A DNA stretch of 32,000 nt from Nitrososphaera viennensis EN76. GTDB taxonomy: Archaea > Thermoproteota > Nitrososphaeria > Nitrososphaerales > Nitrososphaeraceae. The DNA is taken from positions 900,001 through 932,000 of the forward strand of contig NZ_CP007536.1 of NCBI RefSeq assembly GCF_000698785.1, read 5' to 3'. Below, in pieces: positions 1 through 7,599 of the stretch. Position numbers and translations under genes: made by a program. How positions within the stretch are numbered: position 1 is the first letter of the stretch; the number at the start of each line of letters is the position of its first letter. The notes under the pieces were generated by a model. It saw only the letters and a program-made list of their open reading frames with translations, did not search any database and was not told the origin of the DNA.

Positions 1-225
1 GATGCTGTCCATTGTTGCTCCGTACTGCGCAAGCACCTTCTCGACGTTCGCGTAGGCTTGGCGCATCTGCAATTCCATATTTTGCAGACCGACGATATTG
101 CCCTTGTCATCGTGGCTCACCTGCCCGGAGACATAGATGGTATTGTCAACTTTGACTGCTTGAGAGTAGCCATACTCTTTCTCCCAAGACATACCAAGGG
201 ACTTGGCCTCTTTACTAATTGCCAT
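1..225 (-). CDS. RidA/YjgF/TdcF-family protein. Only the N-terminal 75 codons are present; the gene runs off the window edge.
   Basis: Absent from the ORF track because it is truncated. My reverse-strand translation from ATG at 225 is MAISKEAKSLGMSWEKEYGYSQAVKVDNTIYVSGQVSHDDKGNIVGLQNMELQMRQAYANVEKVLAQYGATMDSI. The YSQAVKV.N.IYVSGQ block is the family-typical N-terminal motif. A TTTATTTTTT box lies about 30 nt upstream. Confidence 0.7.
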   Translation of the reverse strand, partial: MAISKEAKSLGMSWEKEYGYSQAVKVDNTIYVSGQVSHDDKGNIVGLQNMELQMRQAYANVEKVLAQYGATMDSI

Positions 226-620
226 TGCCTTAGAGTTACACGTTCGAAAAAATAAATCCCACCGCATCATGTTCTATGATTTATCGTCAGTCTCTCAAGC
301 TCACAATGTCCCGCCAGTTACCAGCCTGTCAAATGTCCCGTCAAGTTACAAGAACTCTGGTGGTAGTGCTGCTTCAAACGCACGAGATTTTCAAAAACGC
401 TTCAGGTTGGGAGATAATATTGTATCGAGAACGTTGAAAGTTGTTTATGGCCAAATGAAAATGACATACGTACATTCATTCTTCATTGCATCCTTTTGGC
501 TCATGATAACAAAGACTTTTGGAAAGTTTGCTAGCAGAATAATTCCAGAATCTATAGGCAATGAATGCAGAATATGAAAAGCGATCTAAAATCTTATAAA
601 AATGATACATTTGCCTATTG

Positions 621-1616
621 ATGGCCAACATGAGAAATTATCCCACTATCACTGTTTCACCAAAATCAAAGCCAATTCAGAGCATCAAAAAAATTGTCGC
701 CGAACATTTAGGCACAGAAAACGCACGGCTAAGGTTCAATCGGGTTAATGACTTTATGGACAACGTCGTTGGTTTTGACACTTCTTTTTCATGCAGGCAC
801 ATTTTGCTTGTGTATGAAGAAATAGAGTCAGCCAGACAAATCGAAATGCGATATCTAAAAAGCCGATTGCAGAAAGGGGAAACTTGCATGTGTCTAGCAC
901 ACAGCGACAATACGGAAGAAGGTCATGGTACTGAGAGTAACATGATGCGAGCTGAAATGATAGACAGTGGAATTGATATTGACAATTTGGAAAAGACAGG
1001 TCAACTTGCAATAATAACAGTGCCAAATTCAGGGTCCCTCAAAATATTGGATGGCAACCCGAAATCTGTTAATGCAATGTACCTTGAATTGGTAGAAAAA
1101 ATGTTTGGAGGCAAGAAGCCTCCTTTTGGAGGCTTTGGGCTTGTCGCCTCAGAACATGACTTGAGAAAACCGGAAGGTTTAGCCATGCAACTTCAATTAG
1201 AGCGATTAGGCAAGAAGGGATTTGAGAATTTTGTTGGAACTTGGATATGTCCGTATGTTGTTGACGACTTGTACGAAAGTCTTGATAAGGAATGGATGCG
1301 AGAGCTACTCCTTTGTCACGATGCAGTCATCTGTGTAAGAAGAGACTTTAGCGCTATTGCTTTGAATCTAGTGCCTTCCAATTCCACCTCTTTTTCAAGC
1401 GGGACTATACGCACCGCGCTATACAAGCTCGAACCGTCTTTGGGCAGAGCTACCATTGAGGCAATACAACAAGATATGGAGAATTATGGAATGCCGCTTG
1501 ATGATGACCATGTACTGTACACGATTGCAGACATTGAACTTGCGATGAGAAGGATATTTGGAGCAGAGGGCGGCGTATTGATAATGGAGCGACTCAGGAG
1601 AATTTTAATTTCCTAA
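621..1616 (+). CDS. MEDS-domain (DcmR-like sensory domain) protein with an uncharacterised C-terminal region
   Basis: ORF 618..1616, with TTG at 618 and ATG at 621. The segment HILLVYEEIESARQIEMRYLKSRLQKGETCMCLA and the later GIDIDNLEKTGQLAII fit the MEDS pattern (H-hhh-Y ... fl..gL..GE.C ... GqL). The gene lies in a visibly AT-rich block. Confidence 0.55.
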   Translation: MANMRNYPTITVSPKSKPIQSIKKIVAEHLGTENARLRFNRVNDFMDNVVGFDTSFSCRHILLVYEEIESARQIEMRYLKSRLQKGETCMCLAHSDNTEEGHGTESNMMRAEMIDSGIDIDNLEKTGQLAIITVPNSGSLKILDGNPKSVNAMYLELVEKMFGGKKPPFGGFGLVASEHDLRKPEGLAMQLQLERLGKKGFENFVGTWICPYVVDDLYESLDKEWMRELLLCHDAVICVRRDFSAIALNLVPSNSTSFSSGTIRTALYKLEPSLGRATIEAIQQDMENYGMPLDDDHVLYTIADIELAMRRIFGAEGGVLIMERLRRILIS

Positions 1617-1860
1617 AAGTTCTGTTGATAAATAAGCCACGTCACTCAGAACTACTCATGTTTGATAAAGATCGAGTTGAGTTATGACAGTAGCTCTATC
1701 GCCGTACCTTGACAGCATTGCATTTCGCACATGGGCGACTAATGATTCTGGGCTTGCGGCTTTCATCCGTCACAATGCCATTGTGCTCAAGATTGTTTTC
1801 TTGAGCGTGGCGGGCATTAATACTGGGGTACGCACCCCAAGTATTAGCACCCTCTTTTTA

Positions 1861-1891
1861 GCGGGCCCAGAGGGACTCGAACCCTTTGGCC
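1861..1891 (-). pseudogene. Orphan tRNA 3'-half-like fragment (T-arm plus acceptor 3' strand); not a complete tRNA gene
   Basis: The minus strand reads GGCCAAAGGGTTCGAGTCCCTCTGGGCCCGC. That gives T-stem GGG/CCC around the loop TTCGAGT, then TGGGCCC plus discriminator G. I found no matching 5' acceptor strand (GGGCCCA), D-arm or anticodon arm nearby. A roughly 12-bp hairpin (1817-1847) is adjacent. Confidence 0.45.
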
Positions 1892-2006
1892 TGCAAAATT
1901 ACTTCTTTTAACTTCGTACGTGCATGATGTTGCCGCAAATGAAAGACGAGAAACCGAAAGAGCAAAAGTACATACTTAGTAGTGCCCTGAAATTCGTTTT
2001 CGCGTT

Positions 2007-2133
2007 TTATGCACAGCCGTGCTCATTTTATGCATTTATGCACGCTCAAAATCCGGCCTTATGCACCCCGCGTTTTCGTGGAATATATTCCAGCCCACGC
2101 TCAAAATATTCCAGTTGTGGAATACTATTCCAG
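2007..2133. promoter_or_regulatory. Dense array of short direct repeats and palindromes (candidate operator array) upstream of the DUF4396-like gene
   Basis: TTATGCAC/T occurs at 2007, 2028, 2036 and 2059. CACGCTCAAAAT occurs at 2041 and 2096. TGGAATATATTCCA at 2079-2092 is a perfect 14-bp palindrome. TGGAATACTATTCCA at 2118-2132 has 7-bp arms. An extra half-site AATATTCCAG lies at 2105-2114, so ATTCCAG recurs at about 20-bp spacing. Confidence 0.5.
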
Positions 2134-2240
2134 CTTGGGACGTACGGGCAACGCAATTATTTCAGGATTCGCTCTTGTTCTGACAATTTTACAATTGTAA
2201 ACTGCCGTTGCTATATACGCATAATTCCCTAGTTGCCTCG

Positions 2241-2735
2241 ATGCAGGAACGTCATAATGTACACGCGCACCATCACGGTGGCGGCAGCCTGAGGTGGGCA
2301 ACTGCCAAGCACGCGCTCAGGTGCCTGATAGGATGCAACATAGGCGAAGGCACCGGGGCTGCGATAGGCTTTCTTCTTGGCTGGGACATGGCTTTGACTC
2401 TTGCGCTGGCCGTCGGGCTTGCGTTTGCAGTCGGGTATGCCTTTACCATGATACCCATGCTCAGGACGATGCCTTGGAAGCAGGCCGCAAAAGTCACAGT
2501 CATTGGCGACACTGCAAGCATCTCAGCGATGGAAGTCACCGAGAACCTGCTTGCCTTCATGATACCGGGCTTTATGATGGCCACACTCGCCGACGCGATA
2601 TTCTGGCTCGGACTGGGGATAATACTGCCAGCAGGTTTTGCGGTATCCTATCCTGCCATGTACTGGGCCATGAAGCGCGAACAGCAAAAGAAAGGAGGGT
2701 CGATGCAGCAGGCACATCAGCATAACCACCACTGA
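2241..2735 (+). CDS. DUF4396-like integral membrane protein with His-rich N- and C-termini
   Basis: The ORF track gives 2208..2735 from a TTG. I prefer ATG at 2241 because CTATATAC (2211-2218) sits about 25 nt upstream. The motif ALRCLIGCNIGEGTGAA resembles the conserved C..GC.IGE core of DUF4396. Termini are HNVHAHHHGGG and QQAHQHNHH. There are 4 or more hydrophobic helices. Confidence 0.6.
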   Translation: MQERHNVHAHHHGGGSLRWATAKHALRCLIGCNIGEGTGAAIGFLLGWDMALTLALAVGLAFAVGYAFTMIPMLRTMPWKQAAKVTVIGDTASISAMEVTENLLAFMIPGFMMATLADAIFWLGLGIILPAGFAVSYPAMYWAMKREQQKKGGSMQQAHQHNHH

Positions 2736-2736
2736 C

Positions 2737-2780
2737 TTTTTAATTACAAGACAGGCACGCTGCTTCCTTTCCTTTTTTAT
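2737..2780 (+). terminator. Oligo-T tracts after the DUF4396-like gene (archaeal-type terminator signal)
   Basis: A T5 tract at 2737-2741 and a T6 tract at 2773-2778 follow the TGA at 2733-2735. Confidence 0.4.
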
Positions 2781-3000
2781 CAGGTTTGCAGCATGCGCAA
2801 AACAGCGGTTGATGTACTCGTATGCCATAGCAGCAATTTTATAGAAAAAAATGTGTTTTATTAATCAACAACGCTTGTTACAAGGCAGACACAGACACGA
2901 TTTTTTGCACGCGTTGATGGGAAATTCAGGCCAGAGCAAAGCCGTCTAAACGGGGTTTGAGCATCGTTTATGGTGACTGCACACAATAGTAGCGCTGTCG

Positions 3001-3126
3001 ATGCTTGAACAAATACTCTTGGTGGTGTTGGGATTCGCGCCGACACTCGCCGCCTTACAAGCGGCAGACAAGATGATAGCGAGCAAGGAAAACAACAACG
3101 ACAAGCCGTTAGTAGCGGAGGCATAG
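3001..3126 (+). CDS. Possible small membrane protein (41 aa), below the 60-aa cutoff of the ORF track
   Basis: My translation is MLEQILLVVLGFAPTLAALQAADKMIASKENNNDKPLVAEA. It ends 14 nt before the 3141 gene, which has an SD-like GGAGG/GGGAGAG but no TATA of its own. The ORF is short, and an ORF also exists on the other strand, so confidence is low. Confidence 0.3.
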   Translation: MLEQILLVVLGFAPTLAALQAADKMIASKENNNDKPLVAEA

Positions 3127-3140
3127 AGGGAGAGAAAAAA

Positions 3141-3680
3141 ATGTCGTCGGGCAAGTACTTTAACAAGGGCGTCAAGGCGCTTGATTCTCCGCACGTCGGC
3201 CACGTAGTCCGCGAGGCAGACAACGCAATCGTCGTTTTCGGCGAAGGCGGCGACAGGTACGACATACCCAAGTCAGAGGTCAGGTTTACAGCGGCAAACG
3301 TGCTGGTCGACCTGCCCTTTTCAGAGATAGTGAAAAGGTACAAGGTGAGCAGGGACGCGCCCCTGCCGGCAAGCATGCAGGCCCACGAGGAGGCCGCCGG
3401 CGACGTCGGCCTTGCGGCGTACGAGAAAAAGTACCCCAAGTCGCTCTTTAACAAGGGAGTGAGGTCTCAGGACGAGGAGCACATAGGCCACGTCATGAAA
3501 GAGATGGACGGGATGATAATAGTCTGGGGCCACCGCGACTGGCGCTTTGACATACCCAAGTCAAAAATAGTCGCCGTAGGAAGAAACGTCATCGTCGGCC
3601 TTGACTACAAGGACATCTTCCAGTACAAGGTGGACAGGGACGCGCCGATTCCGGCAGAAGAAGAAGCAACAGAAAAGTAG
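3141..3680 (+). CDS. Hypothetical protein built from two tandem homologous ~70-aa domains
   Basis: Residues 7-76 (FNKGVKALDSPHVGHVV...YDIPKSEV...YKVSRDAPLP) align with residues 103-171 (FNKGVRSQDEEHIGHVM...FDIPKSKI...YKVDRDAPIP). I recognise no family with certainty. Confidence 0.6.
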   Translation: MSSGKYFNKGVKALDSPHVGHVVREADNAIVVFGEGGDRYDIPKSEVRFTAANVLVDLPFSEIVKRYKVSRDAPLPASMQAHEEAAGDVGLAAYEKKYPKSLFNKGVRSQDEEHIGHVMKEMDGMIIVWGHRDWRFDIPKSKIVAVGRNVIVGLDYKDIFQYKVDRDAPIPAEEEATEK

Positions 3681-3704
3681 CTTTTTTTCTTTCTTTCTTT
3701 CTTC

Positions 3705-4940
3705 CTACTCTGCTTTTTGCTCGGCCACCGTAGCCGGCTCGGGCGGGTCCTTGCGGTACGCCGACTTTAGCCATATCGGCGTGATTATCGTGGTCGCGGC
3801 GACCATGATGATTATCGCGGTGTAGATGTTGCCGGTGAGCGCGCCGGAGGACACGCCGACCCCTGCCACGATGAGCCCGACTTCGCCCCGCGATATCATG
3901 CCTATTCCCACCTTCATAGACTTGTTGCGGTTTTTCAGAAACAGCATGGCAGGCAGGCCGCATCCAGCCATCTTTGATCCTATTGCCACCGCTATCATAG
4001 CGCCTGCGATAAGCATCACCTCCGCGTTTACGCCCCTGAGGTCAACCTGCGCGCCAATGATCGCAAAAAACAGTGGCGCAAAAATGATCTGCAGCTTGTC
4101 GACGTACTCTTCTATCCTGTGGATTACTCGCGTGCTTGCGATGGCCATGCCCACGGCAAAGGCGCCCACGATTGGCGACAGGCCAACGAACGCGGCGATG
4201 CCGGCGGCTGCAAAGAACGCGGCCGTGGCGATACCCTCAATGCTCCCCCTGGACTTCCACAGCCTTTCAACGTGCAAGAGCCGCGGTATCAGGAAAATCG
4301 CGCCCACAAGTAGGGCAGCAAATATTCCGAGGATCTTTAGTATCAGAAACACAATCTCGGTTATCTCTGGCGCAGTGTTGCCAGTCTGCACCATCGTAGT
4401 CACCACGGAAAGCACGGCTATGGCAAGTATGTCGTCGACTATGGCCGCGCCAAGTATCAGCCGGGCCTCCCTTGCCCGCATCCGGCCAAGCTCCGTCAGC
4501 ACCTGGACAGAGATTGCGATGCTGGTGGCGGTGAGCGCAGTAGCAATAAGCATCGACTCTAGCGCGGCAAGGCCAAACTGCAGGAACACAAAGTAGCCGA
4601 GGAAGAACGGCACCACGACGCCTATCGCGCCCACGGTAAAAGCAGACGCGCCACCCCTCAGAAATTCCCTCGGCGTTATCTCTAAGCCTGCGATGAACAG
4701 TATGACGACTGCAGACATTTCGCCAATAGTCCTCACAGTCTCGTCAAGGTCCACAAGCGGCCTGTCCTGGAACATGACAAGCCCGCCAAGTGCAAACGGC
4801 CCCACGATGATGCCTGCCACGAGCTCGCCGAGCACGAACGGCAACTTTATGCGCGCAAACAGCTCGGCAAATATCTTGGCCGCAAAGAGCAGTATGCCAA
4901 GCGAGATCATGACGTGCAGAAACGCGGCTTCGACTGCCAA
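3705..4940 (-). CDS. Monovalent cation:proton antiporter, CPA2/Kef-type Na+(K+)/H+ exchanger family; no RCK/TrkA domain
   Basis: The 411-aa protein is polytopic. The N-terminus LLFAAKIFAELFARIKLPFVLGELVAGIIVGP is typical of the Na+/H+ exchanger family. Confidence 0.8.
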   Translation of the reverse strand: MAVEAAFLHVMISLGILLFAAKIFAELFARIKLPFVLGELVAGIIVGPFALGGLVMFQDRPLVDLDETVRTIGEMSAVVILFIAGLEITPREFLRGGASAFTVGAIGVVVPFFLGYFVFLQFGLAALESMLIATALTATSIAISVQVLTELGRMRAREARLILGAAIVDDILAIAVLSVVTTMVQTGNTAPEITEIVFLILKILGIFAALLVGAIFLIPRLLHVERLWKSRGSIEGIATAAFFAAAGIAAFVGLSPIVGAFAVGMAIASTRVIHRIEEYVDKLQIIFAPLFFAIIGAQVDLRGVNAEVMLIAGAMIAVAIGSKMAGCGLPAMLFLKNRNKSMKVGIGMISRGEVGLIVAGVGVSSGALTGNIYTAIIIMVAATTIITPIWLKSAYRKDPPEPATVAEQKAE

Positions 4941-4981
4941 GCTGGATAACCGCGTTAAAGTAACGTGCGGGTGATAAAAAA

Positions 4982-5347
4982 CTAGCTTCTTCTTCCGGCA
5001 TGCGCCGACTTCAACGCCTCGGTCAGCTGGAAAAAGATCGGGTTTGCGCTCACGTCTACAAGGTTAAGCGTGCCATTTTCCTTTACTATCTGCCGCTCAA
5101 ACTTGTCCTTCTTTGCAAATACCACCGATGAATAATGGATCGTCCCTTTCAGTTTTTCCCGGACCACGCTTTCAGTGTCCGGGAACGTCGCGTGCTGGAA
5201 CACGAGGCCGTTGCACCAGTTCATCGACGCGATCCCGCCTCCTGCGGCGCGCGACTGCGAGAGCACGATGCGCACGAGGTCCTCGAAGTCATACTCTATC
5301 ACCTCGTGCACTATTAGCTTTTTCCACGGCTCGATAGAGATTTCCAA
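4982..5347 (-). CDS. Hypothetical soluble protein (121 aa)
   Basis: An ORF with coding-like composition fits tightly between neighbouring genes. No motif recognised. Confidence 0.45.
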   Translation of the reverse strand: MEISIEPWKKLIVHEVIEYDFEDLVRIVLSQSRAAGGGIASMNWCNGLVFQHATFPDTESVVREKLKGTIHYSSVVFAKKDKFERQIVKENGTLNLVDVSANPIFFQLTEALKSAHAGRRS

Positions 5348-5384
5348 GCTGCATGCAATCCGCGTGCGCTTGTGCGTAATAACC

Positions 5385-6143
5385 CTAACTGTACAGGGCG
5401 CGCCAGAACATTACCGCGGCGACCGCAACCAGAACGAGCCCTATCATGAGCTTGAGCGTCCGCTCGCCAAACCTGCCTGTGTATTTTGCTCCGATAAAGC
5501 CTCCTGCCATAGCAGTCGCGCCCATCACGCCGAGCACCTCATAGTCCACCTCGCCGTTCAGGATGTGGCCGATGAGGCCTGCCGCGCCCATTGCGGCAGA
5601 CGCGGCAAGGTTCGTGCCGACTGCAACCCTTGGCTCCATCTTTAGCGCGTTTATCATGGCAGGAAGCCTGATGCTCCCAAGCACGAGTCCCACGAGCCCT
5701 CCAAGAAAGCCCACTCCCAGGCCTATTGCAGATTCAAGGGCAAGGTTTGGGCGCGGGTTTTCCGCACTCTTTTGACCCAGGCTCTTGATGAGCGAAAACG
5801 CCTCGTACGACACTATTGCGCCAACAAGCAACAACAGCCCCTGCGCTGGCACGACGTGTGTAAATCGCGACCCGATAAACGCGCCTGCCGCGCCCGTTAC
5901 TGCCATCACTACAAACACGCGCCGGTGCAAGTTGTTTTGCCGCATGTGCCGGATTGCGGCCGCCAGGGCGCCAAGCGCGCTTATCCCGATGTTGGTTCCT
6001 GCCGCCACGCTTGCAGAAGCCTCGGCCCCAAAGATCAGTGGAAAGCGCACCACGCCCAGGACTAGCCCGACTAGCCCGCCTACAAAGCCGATGGCAAGCC
6101 CGAGCGCGGCAAGGACGGCAAGCGTAAATGGGTCGACGGCCAC
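5385..6143 (-). CDS. TauE/SafE (DUF81) family anion/sulfite exporter-like permease
   Basis: The 252-aa protein is Gly/Ala-rich and polytopic, with two similar halves (GGLVGLVLGV.RFP / GGLVGLVLGSIRLP) typical of the TauE/SafE family. Confidence 0.75.
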   Translation of the reverse strand: MAVDPFTLAVLAALGLAIGFVGGLVGLVLGVVRFPLIFGAEASASVAAGTNIGISALGALAAAIRHMRQNNLHRRVFVVMAVTGAAGAFIGSRFTHVVPAQGLLLLVGAIVSYEAFSLIKSLGQKSAENPRPNLALESAIGLGVGFLGGLVGLVLGSIRLPAMINALKMEPRVAVGTNLAASAAMGAAGLIGHILNGEVDYEVLGVMGATAMAGGFIGAKYTGRFGERTLKLMIGLVLVAVAAVMFWRALYS

Positions 6144-6208
6144 GCAAGCACAACCAGCCTGCGGGGCGGATTAATGTTTGCGACAGAGATCGTTTAGACC
6201 GTGCCGCC

Positions 6209-6610
6209 TTATTCCCACTTCCACGCCTTGCCCGCAGTGTTGCCCTCTGCGTCCGTGTCAAACTCAAACACCGCGGTGGCGTTGTTGAGCGGGGCAAATT
6301 TGCCAGTCGACTGCGTCTGGAAGTACAGGCATCCCCTCCACGACATGCCGCCATTGGCATCCTGCCTGCCCACGCCAAAGCCCTTCCATGTCGCCATCTC
6401 GCCTCCCTTTGTCATCAACACGCCGTTTCCCTCGCCGTACAATGCGCCTCCGGGCTTCGGAATGCTCACAAAGGTGCCCATCTCCATAGCCTCCACGCCC
6501 ATTACCAGGCCACTTTCGGAAAATGACGTCTCGATCTGCAGCGGGTCTGAAGAAAGCACCCTCTGCCCAGTAATCTTGCCTTTCCCGTCTGAAATCTGTT
6601 TGCCTAACAT
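6209..6610 (-). CDS. Hypothetical protein (133 aa), Gly-rich and probably beta-rich
   Basis: ATG start with a TATA-like ATCTTAAATC about 28 nt upstream on the minus strand. No family recognised. Confidence 0.5.
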   Translation of the reverse strand: MLGKQISDGKGKITGQRVLSSDPLQIETSFSESGLVMGVEAMEMGTFVSIPKPGGALYGEGNGVLMTKGGEMATWKGFGVGRQDANGGMSWRGCLYFQTQSTGKFAPLNNATAVFEFDTDAEGNTAGKAWKWE

Positions 6611-6723
6611 GGGAGCAGGACAGAGTGTACAAATGATTTAAGATTACACCCAATTCCTGCCAGGATTCTTACCAGATCTTCTACATAGTTAGCTTTATTT
6701 CCAACGTCCATCTTTCCATACGT

Positions 6724-6797
6724 TCAGGCTATGGCATTAGCCTTGGCACAGGCCTAGACCGCCCCTTTTGCAGAAGAGGTGCTGATAATGCCTACCA
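6724..6797 (+). promoter_or_regulatory. Fluoride riboswitch (crcB RNA motif) in the 5' leader of crcB
   Basis: AGGCUAUGGCAUUAGCCU...AGACCGCC...GCUGAUAAUGCCUACC matches the crcB-motif blocks GGCGAUGGnGUUCGCC...AAACGC...GCUAAUGAnnCCUACC. P1 pairs AGGCU (6726-6730) with AGCCU (6739-6743). The pseudoknot pairs GGCAU (6733-6737) with AUGCC (6788-6792), which covaries relative to the classical GGAGU/ACUCC. The element sits directly upstream of crcB. Confidence 0.8.
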
Positions 6798-6836
6798 GAA
6801 ATAGAGCGGGGATATAATGGTGGGCACAAGAGAAAA

Positions 6837-7226
6837 ATGAAAGGAATAGAGTTTGCGTTGCTTGCAGCAGGCGCGGTCGCCGGCGCGTTCCTGCGCTACA
6901 GGATGGCCGAGTCGCCGGTGGTGCTTGGCACGCTCCCGGTAAACGTGCTGATAATCAACATCGCAGGCAGCTTTATTCTGGGCGTGTTTTCAATACTTGC
7001 GGCGGTGTGGAACCTCGACTCTCGCTACTCGCTCTTGGTGGCAATCGGCTTTTGCGGCTCGCTTACCACCATGTCGTCGTTTGCGCTAGAGACAAACAAC
7101 CTGCTTGAGAACAAACAGCTTGGCCTAGTCGCCCTCAACATTGCGGCCAACGTCGGGCTGTCCATAGGCGCGGTGATTGGAGGCAGGTCCGTTGCAAGCG
7201 TGCTACTAAGAGGAGGTCTGGACTAA
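6837..7226 (+). CDS. crcB: Fluoride ion channel CrcB/FEX
   Basis: 129 aa with 4 TM segments. Family-typical blocks are present: GAVAGAFLRY..., TLPVNVLIINIAGSFILG and GFCGSLTTMSSFALE. Confidence 0.9.
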   Translation: MKGIEFALLAAGAVAGAFLRYRMAESPVVLGTLPVNVLIINIAGSFILGVFSILAAVWNLDSRYSLLVAIGFCGSLTTMSSFALETNNLLENKQLGLVALNIAANVGLSIGAVIGGRSVASVLLRGGLD

Positions 7227-7540
7227 TGGTTGCAAGAAAGATGGTCGCGCTCGTGATAAGGATAAAGAAAAACGACAGCTTTGAGGGCAAGCGACTGGAA
7301 AGGGTTCTTTTAGATTTTTTCATAAGGTCCGGGATTGACGGCGCCACGGTCTGGACAGGCGTCAACGGTTTTGGCAAGCGTGGCAGGTCAAAAGTGCAGA
7401 TAGAGGGGATCACGGTCAACATGCCGCTTCTAATAGAAGTAGTCGACGAGAGGAAAAAGATAGAGCCGCTGCTCATAGAAATAAAGAGGATGGTGGACGA
7501 CAACGGCCTTGTCACCCTCCACGACGTCGACGTGCTGTAG
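7226..7540 (+). CDS. DUF190 (PII-like fold) protein commonly co-encoded with crcB
   Basis: Its ATG overlaps the crcB TAA (TAATG at 7224-7228), and GGAGG lies at 7212-7216. The sequence ...IDGATVWTGVNGFGKRG... resembles the DUF190 core (G.tV.rG..GfG). Confidence 0.75.
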   Translation: MVARKMVALVIRIKKNDSFEGKRLERVLLDFFIRSGIDGATVWTGVNGFGKRGRSKVQIEGITVNMPLLIEVVDERKKIEPLLIEIKRMVDDNGLVTLHDVDVL

Positions 7541-7599
7541 TATATGCACGTACACGCTAAGTATAATAGGCTACTTTAGACATTAACCACAACCACTTT

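Noticed and set aside
1684-2232. Track ORFs 1684-1911, 1924-2232 and 2009-2200
   Set aside because: They cover the tRNA-like fragment, the hairpin and the repeat/palindrome array. Their translations are low-complexity, and none has a start-codon or TATA arrangement.
2861-3454. Minus-strand ORFs (197 aa and 85 aa), including a possible TTG-initiated Cys-rich secreted peptide (...LLAIILSAACKAAS...)
   Set aside because: They overlap the 3141 gene or depend on a non-ATG start with no promoter-like box. The lipobox match is imperfect. The evidence is insufficient.
3826-4596. 256-aa plus-strand ORF, along with several shorter ones at 4119-4399 and 4693-4974
   Set aside because: It is fully antisense to the well-supported CPA2 antiporter gene. 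It is Ala/Ser/Thr/Pro/Arg-rich, as expected for a shadow frame in GC-rich coding DNA, and has no motif.
5734-6378. 214-aa Arg-rich minus-strand ORF, and plus-strand ORFs at 5772-6641
   Set aside because: These are alternative-frame or antisense overlaps of the TauE/SafE gene and the 6209-6610 gene. Their composition (R/A/G/C-rich) is typical of non-coding frames.
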